Position numbers and translations under genes: made by a program. The notes under the pieces are model-generated. The model was not told the origin of the DNA, searched no databases, and saw only the letters and a program-made list of their open reading frames with translations. Shown one piece after another: positions 27,416 through 38,311 of a stretch of 64,000 bases of DNA; position 1 is the stretch's first letter; every line of letters starts with the position of its first letter. The stretch comes from an uncultured delta proteobacterium (GTDB lineage: Bacteria > Myxococcota_A > UBA9160 > SZUA-336), in assembly GCA_963704165.1 (NCBI GenBank), contig CAVPHD010000001.1, forward strand, positions 192,001 to 256,000. Reading direction: 5' to 3'.

Positions 27416-30121
27416 CTACTCGGCGCGGGGAGCGCCACCCAGGCGCTCCAGGATCTGTCCGAGCTGCTCGATCTCTTCGCCGTAGCGCGCCCAATCACCC
27501 GCGCGCTGCGCTTCGAGCGCCCGCCGGAACGCGTCGCGCGCGCGCGCCATCGAGTCGCTTTCCGGTGCCGCCGGCGCCCGTGCACCCTTCGCGGCGGGCG
27601 AGGTCCCTGGCGTCGGCCGGGAACCGTCGGTCGGAAAGATCCGAGCGAGTCCGGCTTCGAGCGTCTTCTCCATCACGATCTGATTCTGGTACGCGACGAT
27701 CACGCGCTTGAGCTCGGGGATGCGCCCTCCCGCCGCACGCAGGTAGAGCGGACGGATGTAGATCAGCGATTCCTCGACGGGAATCACGAGTAGCGATCCC
27801 TGGATCACCTCGGAACCCTGCTGATTCCAGAGGGTGATCTGCGGCGAGATCACTTGATCCTGATTGATCCTCGCCACGACCTGGCGCGGGCCGTAGATCA
27901 CCTTCTGCTTCGGAAACTGGAATGCGACGAGTCGACCGTAGTTCTCACCGTCGCTGCGGGCGACCATCCACGCTGCGAGGTTGTCCTTCTGGCGCGGGGT
28001 GAACGGGAGCATTTGAAGGTATTCCTCGTCCTTCTCCCCCGGCAGACGCATGATCGTGTAGTACGGCTCCATCGGCGACGCACCGTCGACGATGGGAACC
28101 TGCCACTGATCCTCGCGGTTGTAGAAGACCGCGGGATTGGACATGTGATAGGTGGAGTACATGGCGGCCTGTGCGGTGAAGATGTCCTGCGGGTAGCGCA
28201 GTCGCGAACTCAAACCCTCGGGCATCTGGTCGCGCGGAGTCATCAGGTTCGGGAAGATGCGCGCCCAGGTACGCGCGATCGGATCCTCGGAATCGATCGA
28301 GTAGAAGCGTACGTCACCGTGATAGGCGTCGATCGTGACCTTGATCGCGTTCCGGATGTAGTTCACACCGCTGCGTCCGATCGAAGTCGAGTACGGGTAC
28401 CGGGTGGTCGTCGTGTACGCGTCCTGGATCCAGACCAGTCGCCCCTCGTCGATCGCCAGATACGGATCCTCGTCGTAGTGCAGGAACGGCGCGATCTTCC
28501 GCACGCGATCCCCGATGCGCCGATACATGAGCACCCGGCTCTCGGCCTTCAAGCTCCCCGAGAAGAGCGTGTCGGTCGAACGAAATCGGATCGCGAAGAG
28601 CAGGCGCCGGCCCAGCGATCCGAGTGAGACGCCGCCGTCTCCGCGGTAGGCCGTGAACTTGTTGTCGTCCCCTTCCGGGTAGTCGAACTCCTCCGTCTTC
28701 GTCTTCACGAAGACGTGATCACTCGAGAGCTCGCCGAAATAGATCGCGGGCTCGGTCACCGGCAGGTCGACGCTGGACTGCGGCGGAAGATCCTTGATGA
28801 ACAGGACAGGCAAACCTTCAGGCGTGACCTGATTCACCGGGCCGAGCGTCAGACCGTAGCCGTGGGTGAAGGTCAGCCGTTCGTTGATCCACGAGCGCGC
28901 AGGCAGGCTCTCGGAATTCAACTCTCGCGCGCTGAGCATGATCTGGCGGTACTTCCCGTCGATCGTGTAGCGATCGTTGTCCACCGAGACGAAGTCGTAG
29001 TAGGTCCGGATCTCCTGGATCTGACTGAACGTGTCGAGCAGAGGTTGCTTGTTCCAGAGCGGAACGTTGTCGAACGTCGTCGCGTTCGCGTCGATGTCGG
29101 CGCGCGTCAGCACCGCATCGCCCGAGAGCTCGCGTTCCTCGACCCGGTCGAGCGCGAACGCCGCACGCGTCGCGTACATGTTGTGGATGATGTAGGGCGT
29201 CTCTCGGACCTGCTCGTTCGGCGCGACGACGAGGCGCTGAATGATCGAGGCATAGGCCATGCCGCCGATCGAAACCGCGGCGTACAGCGCCGCGGCGGCC
29301 GCGATCGGCCAGAGCGACGTCGCGGTCATCTGGTACACGGCGAGCGTCGCAGCGGCGAGCGAAGCCACGAGAAGCAGCGCCAGAGCCGGCATCCGCGCGT
29401 GGACGTCCGCATAGCTCGCGCCGTGCGTGATGGACGAAGGCGTCGTCAGCAGATCCGGCGGTCCGAGCCAGGCGGCGAAGGCCAGCACCAGGAAGAGCGC
29501 CGCGACCAGGGCTGCGACGTGAACGCGAGCTACGCGCGTGACGAAGAGTCCGCGGACCGGATTCATGCCGAGATTTCCGGCCATGACGTGGGCCGCAATG
29601 ACGCCCGCGGTCGTGAGCACGACCAGCCACAGCAACAGGTTCCTCAGTGTCTCGAAGAACGGCAGCGCGAAGACATAAAAGCCGATGTCCCGGCCGAGCA
29701 GCGGGTCGGTCGTGCCGAAGGGTTCGGCGTACAGATAGAGCAGCCAGATCTGCCAACGGCCAGATGCAAAGAGCGCCAGCAGGAAAGCGACGCCGGCCGA
29801 GATCGCGAGGATCTGCGGTCGGAGTGAACTCGGATCGAGCGAGATCGTGCGCATGCCCTCGGGCGTCATGCGCACGATGTCGAGACGTCGGAGCGAGCGT
29901 CGCGTCAGATCGAAGTTCAGGAAGAAGGTGCCGAACGCGATCGCGAAGACCGCCGCTCCAACCCCGAGCTGGGCCGCGATCGAGCGCGCCATGACCTGTG
30001 CCTGCTCCACCTCCTGGAACCAGAGCCAATCGGTGAAGACACCGATCAACGTGGGAAGAAAGAGCGCGAGAACCGCGACGACGACCAGAAAGGGAATCGC
30101 TCGAGGGGATCTCTGTGCCAA
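27416..30121 (-). CDS. UPF0182 family membrane protein
   Basis: TDWLWF, DIGFYVF, FTHGYG, NYIRN, FYNREDQW, GDWARYGE. Confidence 0.93.
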   Translation of the reverse strand: MAQRSPRAIPFLVVVAVLALFLPTLIGVFTDWLWFQEVEQAQVMARSIAAQLGVGAAVFAIAFGTFFLNFDLTRRSLRRLDIVRMTPEGMRTISLDPSSLRPQILAISAGVAFLLALFASGRWQIWLLYLYAEPFGTTDPLLGRDIGFYVFALPFFETLRNLLLWLVVLTTAGVIAAHVMAGNLGMNPVRGLFVTRVARVHVAALVAALFLVLAFAAWLGPPDLLTTPSSITHGASYADVHARMPALALLLVASLAAATLAVYQMTATSLWPIAAAAALYAAVSIGGMAYASIIQRLVVAPNEQVRETPYIIHNMYATRAAFALDRVEERELSGDAVLTRADIDANATTFDNVPLWNKQPLLDTFSQIQEIRTYYDFVSVDNDRYTIDGKYRQIMLSARELNSESLPARSWINERLTFTHGYGLTLGPVNQVTPEGLPVLFIKDLPPQSSVDLPVTEPAIYFGELSSDHVFVKTKTEEFDYPEGDDNKFTAYRGDGGVSLGSLGRRLLFAIRFRSTDTLFSGSLKAESRVLMYRRIGDRVRKIAPFLHYDEDPYLAIDEGRLVWIQDAYTTTTRYPYSTSIGRSGVNYIRNAIKVTIDAYHGDVRFYSIDSEDPIARTWARIFPNLMTPRDQMPEGLSSRLRYPQDIFTAQAAMYSTYHMSNPAVFYNREDQWQVPIVDGASPMEPYYTIMRLPGEKDEEYLQMLPFTPRQKDNLAAWMVARSDGENYGRLVAFQFPKQKVIYGPRQVVARINQDQVISPQITLWNQQGSEVIQGSLLVIPVEESLIYIRPLYLRAAGGRIPELKRVIVAYQNQIVMEKTLEAGLARIFPTDGSRPTPGTSPAAKGARAPAAPESDSMARARDAFRRALEAQRAGDWARYGEEIEQLGQILERLGGAPRAE

Positions 30122-30185
30122 AGGGCCTCCAAAACGCCGAGGACACGACGGAGACTCGACTATACTCGACCCGAGGGAGTCGGAT

Positions 30186-30649
30186 GTGAGTTGTACCGAA
30201 GCAGCCCAGGATGGCTTCGTCCATCACGACGCCGATTCCACGTGATGGAGACGCCCGACTTCCTGATGCGCTTCGCGGACCCATCCGTGCGAAGCCGCAT
30301 GAAGCCGCTCTTCGTCTCGAGCGTGAAGTCCGGCGAGGCGGACATGATCGAAGCGCTTCGCGCCCGTCATCGCGAGCCCGAATTCCGCGCGATGGCGAAC
30401 TTCCGCTCGGTCGATTGCACGGCGATCGCCTACTCCGTCATGCATTCCGCAAAGAACGAGGAGCGCCCACAGAACCTGTCGCTGCGTCCAAGCGAGGACG
30501 TGGGTTGGATCGTCGAGAACGCGGGCGCGGGGATCTGCATGGTCTCGTCGGATGACCCGCACGCGGAGGGCGGACGAAATCCCCTGCGCCGCTTCTACTC
30601 GGAGAACTTCATCGATCTGATGGGACCGATGCTCAAATCAAGCGCTTGA
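30186..30649 (+). pseudogene. Amidohydrolase-2 family remnant (frameshift, internal deletion)
   Basis: HDADS|HVMETPDFL split by a frameshift near 30238; C-terminus MVSSDDPHAEGGRNPLRRFYSENFIDLMG. Confidence 0.7.
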
Positions 30650-32162
30650 TGCGCGCCCACAGCTCCTGAACCGGGATCTCGAGGTCGCGCACCACGTAGA
30701 TCGACAGCTCGCTCTCGTACGGCATGCAGAGCTCGCAGCTTCGGTGTCCGACTTTCTCGACGCTGCCGAAGAGCTCCGCGATCGGGGGCGGAACCTCGCC
30801 GATCACCAGCGCGATCCGACCATCCCAGTCGCCGGTGCCCCAGAGCCAGTACGAGTTGTGCGGCGAAACCGCGGGAGGCAATCCGAGGGTCCTGCCGAAA
30901 TAATCGATCGCTCCGGCCTCTCCGTAGTTCTGTCCGACGATCACGGCGCGGCTGCGCTCCGCTTCGGGAAGCGTGCGCCAGACGACCGCGACCTCCTCGG
31001 CGAGCTCACGCCAGCCGAACATGTCGGCGTAGATCTGCGGCAGCGCTGCGCGCGCGCCGCGTTCCATCTTGGGTGCGCCGAGCCCGATCGCATCGGAGTA
31101 CGCGATGAACCGCTCCGGGGACAGCACCGGAATCGCCATCGGCAGAAGCGCGGTGCCGGCGATCGCGATCACCGTCCCGACGGCGAGCGGAGCCCGCGCC
31201 CACGCGCGCCGCACGAAGAACGCGTCGAGCGAGACGGCGCCGGCCGCGAAGAGCAGCGGATACACGGGTGCCAGGTAGTAGACCTTCGCGTGCTGAAGCA
31301 GCATCACCGCGAGGATCGCGAGATACGCGATCCCGAGCGCCCGCACGCGCGCGAAGCGCGTCGCGAAAAGCAGCGCGAACAGACCGAGAATCCAGAGCGG
31401 TGCGAGTGCGGGGTGCAGCAAGACGACCTGACCGCCGAGGAAATCCATCGGCGCGATCGGCAGGTTCTTGCTCGCCGTCGCGTTGCTCATGAAGTCGAGC
31501 GAAGGTGCGCCGTGAGCGATCTCCCAGGCGACGTGCGGGGCGAAGAGAAGCGACGCGAGCGCGCCTCCGGCCCAGAGCCAGGGAGAGAGGAGCTGCCGTC
31601 TTTGCGGAGTGAGGACGAGCCCGACGACGATTCCGAAACCCAGAAACGCGACGCTGTACTTGTTCTGCAGTCCGAGCCCCGCGAGCAGCCCGAAGACGAG
31701 CCAGAGTCGTGTCTCGCCGCGCATGAGGATCCGAACGGCCACGATCAGAAGCCCCGTCCAGGCGAGCAGGTCGAATGCGTTCATCGAGTAGAAATGCGAG
31801 ATCGCCAGGAAGAACGGCGCGAAGAACGCCGCCAGCGCAGCGAGGACCTGCGCCGCGCGCGCTCCACCGAGGTCGCGCGCGAGGAGCCCCGTCAGGAAGA
31901 CCGTCGCGGCTCCTGCGACGCCGGGCAGAAAGCGCAGCGCGAAGAGCCCGTCTCCGAAGGCGGAGCGCCAGAGCGCGAGCAACGCGATCGAGAGCGGTGG
32001 ATGATCGACGTAGCCGAAATCGAGATGATCCGCGCAGGCCAGGTAGTACAGCTCGTCGCGAAAGATCCCGTAGCCGGGCACCGTCGCCAGGTGGAGCGCG
32101 AACCGCAGGCCGGCGATCCCCACGAGAACCGCGAGGTCGCCGGATCTGCGCTCGATGGTCAA
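30633..32162 (-). CDS. GT39/ArnT-like membrane glycosyltransferase
   Basis: FRDELYY, GYVDHPPL, GLQNKY, NYGEAGA; many TM helices; TTG start inferred. Confidence 0.88.
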   Translation of the reverse strand: MTIERRSGDLAVLVGIAGLRFALHLATVPGYGIFRDELYYLACADHLDFGYVDHPPLSIALLALWRSAFGDGLFALRFLPGVAGAATVFLTGLLARDLGGARAAQVLAALAAFFAPFFLAISHFYSMNAFDLLAWTGLLIVAVRILMRGETRLWLVFGLLAGLGLQNKYSVAFLGFGIVVGLVLTPQRRQLLSPWLWAGGALASLLFAPHVAWEIAHGAPSLDFMSNATASKNLPIAPMDFLGGQVVLLHPALAPLWILGLFALLFATRFARVRALGIAYLAILAVMLLQHAKVYYLAPVYPLLFAAGAVSLDAFFVRRAWARAPLAVGTVIAIAGTALLPMAIPVLSPERFIAYSDAIGLGAPKMERGARAALPQIYADMFGWRELAEEVAVVWRTLPEAERSRAVIVGQNYGEAGAIDYFGRTLGLPPAVSPHNSYWLWGTGDWDGRIALVIGEVPPPIAELFGSVEKVGHRSCELCMPYESELSIYVVRDLEIPVQELWARIKRLI

Positions 32163-32196
32163 GGCACCCTCGCCGTTCGGCTCCGGAATCCCGAAG

Positions 32197-32916
32197 CTAC
32201 GGATGCTCCGGATGCGGCGCTTCCTCGGCACTCGGCGCCTTCACCTCGATCAGCTCGACCTCGAAGGTCAGCGTCGCGCCGGGCGGAATGCTCGGCGCCG
32301 ACCCGCGATCGCCGTACGCGATCTCCGCCGGACACGTCAGCTTGTACTTCCCGCCGACCTTCAGGGTCTGCAACGCCTGTGTCCAGCACGGAATGACGCG
32401 TCCGACCGGGAACTCCGCCGGCGTACCGCGATCGACCGAGCTGTCGAAGACCGATCCGTCGCGCAGCGTGCCATGGTAGTGAACCACGACGGTGTCATCC
32501 GGACCCGGCGAGGTCCCGGCACCCTCCGTGATCGTGCGCACGACGTAGCCCGACGGCGCGGTGCTCGCGCCGGGCTCGGCCGCCATCTTCGCCAGGTACG
32601 CGGCCGATTCGGACTTCTCCGACTCCGCGCGAGCGGCCGTGCGAGCGGTCGCGAGCGCCTGGATCTTCGCGTCGATCGTCTCGAGATCGATCTTCTTCTC
32701 GCGGTCGAGCACGCCGTCGCGTACTCCGCTCGCGAAGATCGCGAGCTCCGCCTCGGTCAGCGCGAATCCATCGATCCGCTGCGCGATCACGAGCCCGAGG
32801 CCGTAGATCGCCTCTTGATCCGGAGTTTCGATCTTGGGCTCCGGTGGCACGGCGACGGGGCCGCAAGCAGTGAGAGCGATCGCGATGGAAGCGGCGAACC
32901 AGCGGCGCGGAAGCAT
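32197..32916 (-). CDS. FKBP-type peptidyl-prolyl isomerase (FkpA/Mip-like lipoprotein)
   Basis: Lipobox LTAC; VHYHGTL.DGSVFDSS, AYGDRG, IPPGATLTFEVEL. Confidence 0.94.
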   Translation of the reverse strand: MLPRRWFAASIAIALTACGPVAVPPEPKIETPDQEAIYGLGLVIAQRIDGFALTEAELAIFASGVRDGVLDREKKIDLETIDAKIQALATARTAARAESEKSESAAYLAKMAAEPGASTAPSGYVVRTITEGAGTSPGPDDTVVVHYHGTLRDGSVFDSSVDRGTPAEFPVGRVIPCWTQALQTLKVGGKYKLTCPAEIAYGDRGSAPSIPPGATLTFEVELIEVKAPSAEEAPHPEHP

Positions 32917-33008
32917 CGATTTCCCTCTTGCTCCGGTGGATTCGGAGTGCGCGCAGGGTACCACGCTCCCGTTTACACGCTTGGGGAAACCGGGCGTAAC
33001 ATGGCTCG

Positions 33009-34316
33009 ATGCTCTGCGACGACATGATCCTGGTCAGCGTCGATGACCACGTGATCGAGCCGCCGGACCTCTTCGCGCACCACCTGTCGCCCGCGTGGAA
33101 ATCGCGTGCGCCGCGGGTGGCGCGGAAGAAGGACGGTTCGGACGTCTGGCTCTTCGAAGGCCAACAGCTCCCGAACGTCGGCCTGAACGCGATCGTGGGC
33201 CGGCCACCCGGGGAATGGGGCATGGAGCCGACGAGCTACGACCAGCTCCGGCCCGGCACCTGGAACGTCCACGAACGGATCCGCGACATGAACGCCAACG
33301 GCGTGCTCGCGTCGCTCTGCTTCCCGTCCTTTCCGGGATTCTGCGGAGCGCTCTGGACGCGCACGAGGGACAAGGGCGTCTCGCTGACGATGCTGCGAGC
33401 GTACAACGACTGGCACATCGACGAGTGGAGCGGCGCGTATCCGGGCCGGTTCATCCCGCTCGCATTGCCGCCGCTCTGGGATCCGAAGCTCATGGCGGAG
33501 GAAGTCCGCCGCGTGGCGAAGAAAGGCTGTCACGCTGTTTCGTTCCCGGAGAGCCCCGAGAAGCTGGGCCTGCCGAGCCTGCACACGGAGCACTGGGATC
33601 CGTTCTGGAGCGCGTGCTGCGACGAGGGCACGGTCGTCTGCATTCACGTCGGCTCGAGCGCGGGCATGACGTTCACGTCGATGGATGCACCGATCGACGT
33701 GATGCTCGCCCTTCAGCCGATCCACTCGGTTTCCTGCGCCGCGGACCTGCTCTGGTCACGCGCCCTGCACCGGTTCCCGCAGCTCAGGATCGCACTCTCG
33801 GAGGCCGGCATCGGCTGGGTCCCGTATTTCCTCGAGCGCGCCGATTCCGTCCACGACCTTCACCGCGCGTGGACGCATCAGGATTTCGGCGCGAGGCGCC
33901 CGAGCGAAGTGTTCCGCGAGCAGATCGTGACCTGCTTCATCGACGACGCCTTCGGTCTCGCGAACCGCCATGCCGTCGGTCTGGACTCCATCACGTGGGA
34001 GTGCGACTACCCGCACTCGGACACGACCTGGCCCAGATCCCCCGAGCGGCTCGGATCTCAGCTCGTCGGTATGCCCGATGCCGAGATCGAGAAGATCACC
34101 CACGCCAACGCGCTCCGACACTTCCGATTCGATCCGTTCGGCCACGTACCGAAGGAGTCGTGCCGCGTCGGCGCACTGCGCGCACTGGCGCGCGACGTCG
34201 ATCTTTCGATCACGAGCAAGGGCGGCAGATCACCGAGCGCCGACCGCGCGAAACCGGTCACGTCCGTGGACGTGACACGTCAGCTGGCGAGCGCGCTCGC
34301 CAGCCCCTTGGAGTGA
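33009..34316 (+). CDS. Amidohydrolase-2 family protein
   Basis: SVDDHVIEPP, AYNDW, WECDYPHSD. Confidence 0.92.
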   Translation: MLCDDMILVSVDDHVIEPPDLFAHHLSPAWKSRAPRVARKKDGSDVWLFEGQQLPNVGLNAIVGRPPGEWGMEPTSYDQLRPGTWNVHERIRDMNANGVLASLCFPSFPGFCGALWTRTRDKGVSLTMLRAYNDWHIDEWSGAYPGRFIPLALPPLWDPKLMAEEVRRVAKKGCHAVSFPESPEKLGLPSLHTEHWDPFWSACCDEGTVVCIHVGSSAGMTFTSMDAPIDVMLALQPIHSVSCAADLLWSRALHRFPQLRIALSEAGIGWVPYFLERADSVHDLHRAWTHQDFGARRPSEVFREQIVTCFIDDAFGLANRHAVGLDSITWECDYPHSDTTWPRSPERLGSQLVGMPDAEIEKITHANALRHFRFDPFGHVPKESCRVGALRALARDVDLSITSKGGRSPSADRAKPVTSVDVTRQLASALASPLE

Positions 34317-34338
34317 TTCGCGCGCCAAGACACCGGAT

Positions 34339-35544
34339 TCAGCCAGCCGGATTCTCCGTGTCACCCATCACGAGAACGCCATTCGCGGCGAGCGCCGCGA
34401 TTCTCGCGTCGTCCCATCCGAGCAGATCACGCAGGATCTCCGGACCGTGCTCGCCACGAAGCGGCGCCGGACCGCGGATCTCGTTTCGAGACGCGGAGAA
34501 GCGCGCGGGCGGGCGCACGACCGGGCGCGTTCCACCGCGGCGATCGTCGACGTTCTCGAGCAGCGCGCGTTCGACGGCAAGGTCGCTTCGTAGCGCCTCG
34601 GCTGGGGTCGCGACCGGCGCGCAGGCGAGCTTTGCGCGGGCGAGCTTCTCGAGAAGGCTGGCACGCGTGGGTTGGCGCGCCATCCACTCCGCGATCGCGT
34701 CGTGGCGCGTGCTCGCCTTGGTCTCGAGATCCGACTCACTCGGCGAGGGATCGGAGAGCTCACTCGCATACGCCGTCGCGAGCGACGCCCAGACGTGCTG
34801 TGCCGATCCGGCGACGGCGATGAAGCCGTGCTCTCCAGCCCGATAGACCGGATTCATCACGCGATCGTCCGGTTTTTCGAGCAGCACGTTTCCCGCCTCG
34901 CTGTGACTCGCGAGCGTGGCATCGAACATCGCCACCTCCACGCGTTGGCCGGTGCCGGTCGCCTCGGCCACGCGCAGGGCCGCGAGCAGGGCGACGGCGC
35001 CGTGCAGGCCGCTCAGGATGTCCGAGAAGGCGTTGCGGGGCTGGGTCGGCGTCTGATCGATCTGCCCGCGATCGCGAATCAGGCCGGTGGCCGCGTGCAG
35101 GATCGGCGCGTACGCGCGCTTCTCACGAAGCGAAGAGTCCGATCCGAAGCCGTTGATCGAGAGCAGCACCGCGCGCGGATTGGCTTCGTGAAGGCGATCC
35201 CAGCCGAGGCCGAGTCGCTCGAGCACGCCCGGCCGGAAGTTCTCGATCACGACGTCGCAGACGCGCGCGAGCGCGAGCACGACCTCGTCCGCGCCGGGCT
35301 TGCCGAGGTCGATCGCGATCGAGCGCTTGCCGACGTTCGTAAACGTGAACATCCACGACTGCCCGCGGTCGTGCTTCGGCGCGATCAGGCGCGACTCGTC
35401 GCCCGCGGGCGGCTCGAGCTTGATCACCTCGGCGCCGAGATCGCGAAACAGCCGCCCGACGTACGGTCCCGCGATCACGCGCGACAGGTCGAGCACGCGC
35501 ACGCCCGAAAGCGATCCAGCCGCGAAGTCCGAAGCTCCGGCCAA
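34339..35544 (-). CDS. CaiB/BaiF family III CoA-transferase
   Basis: VLDLSRVIAGP, GAEVIKLEPPAGD, ENFRPG; TTG start inferred. Confidence 0.9.
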   Translation of the reverse strand: MAGASDFAAGSLSGVRVLDLSRVIAGPYVGRLFRDLGAEVIKLEPPAGDESRLIAPKHDRGQSWMFTFTNVGKRSIAIDLGKPGADEVVLALARVCDVVIENFRPGVLERLGLGWDRLHEANPRAVLLSINGFGSDSSLREKRAYAPILHAATGLIRDRGQIDQTPTQPRNAFSDILSGLHGAVALLAALRVAEATGTGQRVEVAMFDATLASHSEAGNVLLEKPDDRVMNPVYRAGEHGFIAVAGSAQHVWASLATAYASELSDPSPSESDLETKASTRHDAIAEWMARQPTRASLLEKLARAKLACAPVATPAEALRSDLAVERALLENVDDRRGGTRPVVRPPARFSASRNEIRGPAPLRGEHGPEILRDLLGWDDARIAALAANGVLVMGDTENPAG

Positions 35545-35625
35545 AGTCGGTCGATCGTACCAGACCGGCCGCGTGGCCCGGAGCCCGTCGTCTCTGATAG
35601 CTTGCGCCGTGACGGAGCGCGGGTG

Positions 35626-36111
35626 ATGTCGGCCGAGATGGTTCGCATGGGCGTGATGAAGCTGATCGGGATCCGCGTCACCGGATCGCGCGAAGACCTG
35701 GCCGAGCGCGTGCCGAAGGCCTGGCGCGAGCTCGCGAGTCGAATCGGCGAGATCGAGGGCGTGATGGATCCCGGCACCTTCTTCGGTGTCGTACCCGAGG
35801 TCGACCACCACAAGCTCGCCGGCGAGGGCAGCTACACGTATCTGTGCTGCGCGCGCGTGCGCAGCGGTCGGAGCGCGCCCAGGGGAATGGAGCGGCTGAT
35901 CGTGCCCGCGCAGCGCTACGCGCAGGCGACGGTGCGCGGCGGCGCCGCGGAGGCGACGAAGGCCTACATCGAGCTCGCGCGATTCTTCGCGCAGAATTCG
36001 GTCGCGCCGAACAAGAAGGCGTTCGGCCTCGAACGCTACGACGAGAAGCGCCAGAGCGTGCTCGCGCCGTACGGCCGCTTCGACTACGACGTGCTGCGGC
36101 CGCTCGCGTAG
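35626..36111 (+). CDS. GyrI-like small-molecule-binding protein
   Basis: LIGIR, GMERLIVPAQRYA, LERYDE. Confidence 0.78.
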   Translation: MSAEMVRMGVMKLIGIRVTGSREDLAERVPKAWRELASRIGEIEGVMDPGTFFGVVPEVDHHKLAGEGSYTYLCCARVRSGRSAPRGMERLIVPAQRYAQATVRGGAAEATKAYIELARFFAQNSVAPNKKAFGLERYDEKRQSVLAPYGRFDYDVLRPLA

Positions 36112-36115
36112 CGGG

Positions 36116-36772
36116 TCAGGCCTCCAGGAGCCGCAGCGTCTCGGCGTAGAGCAAGCGCTTGTGCGCCGCCATCACCCCCCGGTTCTTGGCCGCGAGCGGG
36201 GCCGCGAGCGCGATCGACTTCGACATCAGATCGACCTCGGGTACCGCGTGGTCGACGATCCCGCGCGCGAGCGCCTCGGCGCCGCCGTAACGCTTTCCGG
36301 TGACGATCGCCTCGTGCGCCGTCTGCTTCGGAAGACGCGCCTGGATCAGGGCGACCGGTCCGGGCGGGAGCGGCATTCCCAGATCGATCTCGGGAATGCA
36401 GAAGAAGCCGCGATCCTGGCGCATCACGCGGAAGTCACAGGCGAGCGCGAGCATGGCTCCACCCGCGAAGGCGTGGCCGTTCAGCGCGGCGACGGTGACG
36501 AGCGGCGACGACAGCATGCGGGCGAAGAGGCGCTGCATGCCGAGAAAGACCTCTCCCGCGCGGTCCTTGCCATCACCGCTCATCCAGGCCAGATCGAGGC
36601 CGTTCGAGAAGAACTTCCCGTCGCCGGTCAGCACGAGCGCGGTCGGCTCCGATTCCGCCTCGGCCTGATCGAGTGCCGCGTCGAGCGCGGCGAAGAACTT
36701 CGGGTTGAAGCGGTTCTCGCCCGCGCGCATCTGCAGCACGAGGACGGGTCCCTCGCGTTTCACGTCGATCAT
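36116..36772 (-). CDS. Enoyl-CoA hydratase/isomerase family
   Basis: FFSNGLDL, NGHAFAGG, PEIDLG. Confidence 0.92.
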   Translation of the reverse strand: MIDVKREGPVLVLQMRAGENRFNPKFFAALDAALDQAEAESEPTALVLTGDGKFFSNGLDLAWMSGDGKDRAGEVFLGMQRLFARMLSSPLVTVAALNGHAFAGGAMLALACDFRVMRQDRGFFCIPEIDLGMPLPPGPVALIQARLPKQTAHEAIVTGKRYGGAEALARGIVDHAVPEVDLMSKSIALAAPLAAKNRGVMAAHKRLLYAETLRLLEA

Positions 36773-36851
36773 CCGGCCGGGCTCCTTCGAAACGGTCCGG
36801 AGCGGAACCCTATCAGACCCCCGGGGTACGATGAGATCTGGAGGACTCCCG

Positions 36852-37439
36852 ATGCCGCGCCGACTCGAGTTCTTCTACGACTACGTGAGCCCCTTCTCGT
36901 ACCTGGCGGACAGCCAGCTCCCGGCGCTCGTCGAGCGCGCCCGCGCCGATCTCGTCTACCGGCCGTTCTTCCTCGGCGGCGTGATGCAGGCGACCGGAAA
37001 CCAGCCCCCCGCGACGCTGCCCGCGCGCGCGGAGTACATGCCGACGGACATCGCGCGCTGGGCGCGTCGCTACGGCGTTCCGGTCGCGTTCAACCCGAAC
37101 TTCCCGATGAACACGCTCCAGGCGATGCGCGCCGCGCTCGCCGCGCAGGAGCAGGGAACCTTCCCCGCGTACCACGCGGCGCTCTTCCGCGCGGCCTGGG
37201 CAGAACCCGTGAACCTCGGCGACGCGGCGGTGCTTCGCGAAGTGATCGCGAAGGCCGGGCTCGATGCCGAGCGCATCCTCGCGCGAGCCGGCGCGGACGA
37301 GACCAAGGAGCGGCTCAAGGCGAACACCGCCGAGGCCGTCGCGCGCGGGGCCTTCGGCGCGCCGACGCTCTTCGTCGGCGACGAGATGTTCTTCGGCAAC
37401 GACCGCCTCGACTTCGTCGAGGAAGCCCTGCGGTCGTGA
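36852..37439 (+). CDS. DsbA/2-hydroxychromene-2-carboxylate isomerase family
   Basis: FFYDYVSPFSY, GAFGAPT, FGNDRL. Confidence 0.92.
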   Translation: MPRRLEFFYDYVSPFSYLADSQLPALVERARADLVYRPFFLGGVMQATGNQPPATLPARAEYMPTDIARWARRYGVPVAFNPNFPMNTLQAMRAALAAQEQGTFPAYHAALFRAAWAEPVNLGDAAVLREVIAKAGLDAERILARAGADETKERLKANTAEAVARGAFGAPTLFVGDEMFFGNDRLDFVEEALRS

Positions 37440-37491
37440 CGACGCGGTGCGCCGAGTGGAGAAGTTCCGGGCTTCGCGGTACGAATAGCCC

Positions 37492-38262
37492 ATGACCGCC
37501 ACGCCGGATCCCACCGAGAACCGCGAACCCGTCCCGCCCCACTCCCCCCTGCTCGAGTACTACGAGACCGACGAGGAGCGGCGACGCTACGTCGACGATC
37601 TCTTCAACAAGACGGCGCGGCACTACAACACGATCGAGCGGATCTTCGGGAACGGCGGCATCTGGTACCGGCGCTTCTCGCTGGGGCGCGCCGGCCTCGG
37701 CCCGGGAATGCGCGTGCTCGACGTCGCGATCGGCACCGCCGCCGTCGCCCAGGGCGCGGCCAAGCTCGTCTCCCCGGGCGGGAAGGTCTTCGGCGTCGAT
37801 CCGAACAAGGGGATGCTCGGCGAGGCTCGCAAGGTCTTCCGCGGTCCACTCACGCGCGGCGTCGCGGAGGCGCTCCCGTTCAAGAGCAATCACTTCGACT
37901 TCGTCACGATGGGCATCGCGCTCCGCCACGTGCCCGACCTGGTCGCGGCCTTCAGCGAGTACCTGCGCGTGCTGAAGCCCGGCGGGAAGGTCTGGATCCT
38001 CGAAGGCCACCTGCCCGAGAGCAAGGTCGGCCACGCGCTGACCCGCTTCGCCTGGAAGACCGTGATTCCCGGACTGACGCTGCTCTTCACGCGCGACCGC
38101 GATGCGAAGGTGCTGATGGACTACTACTGGGACACCGTCGAGAAGTGCGTCCCGCCCGAGACCATCCTCGCCTCGATGCGCATCGCCGGCTTCGCCGACG
38201 CGAAGTTCAAGGTCGTCGTCCCCGGCGCCTTCTGCGAGTACACCGGAACCAAGCCCCGGTAG
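37492..38262 (+). CDS. Class I SAM methyltransferase (UbiE-like)
   Basis: VLDVAIGT, AEALPF, RVLKPGG. Confidence 0.88.
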   Translation: MTATPDPTENREPVPPHSPLLEYYETDEERRRYVDDLFNKTARHYNTIERIFGNGGIWYRRFSLGRAGLGPGMRVLDVAIGTAAVAQGAAKLVSPGGKVFGVDPNKGMLGEARKVFRGPLTRGVAEALPFKSNHFDFVTMGIALRHVPDLVAAFSEYLRVLKPGGKVWILEGHLPESKVGHALTRFAWKTVIPGLTLLFTRDRDAKVLMDYYWDTVEKCVPPETILASMRIAGFADAKFKVVVPGAFCEYTGTKPR

Positions 38263-38311
38263 CGTCGGCCGGGCGTCGAGCGCGGACGCGCGACCCGGCG
38301 GGATCGGTAGC

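Noticed and set aside
37492..38262. UbiE-like methyltransferase as part of the Coq4 cluster
   Set aside because: About 16 kb away in an unrelated run of genes; no sequence evidence of linkage
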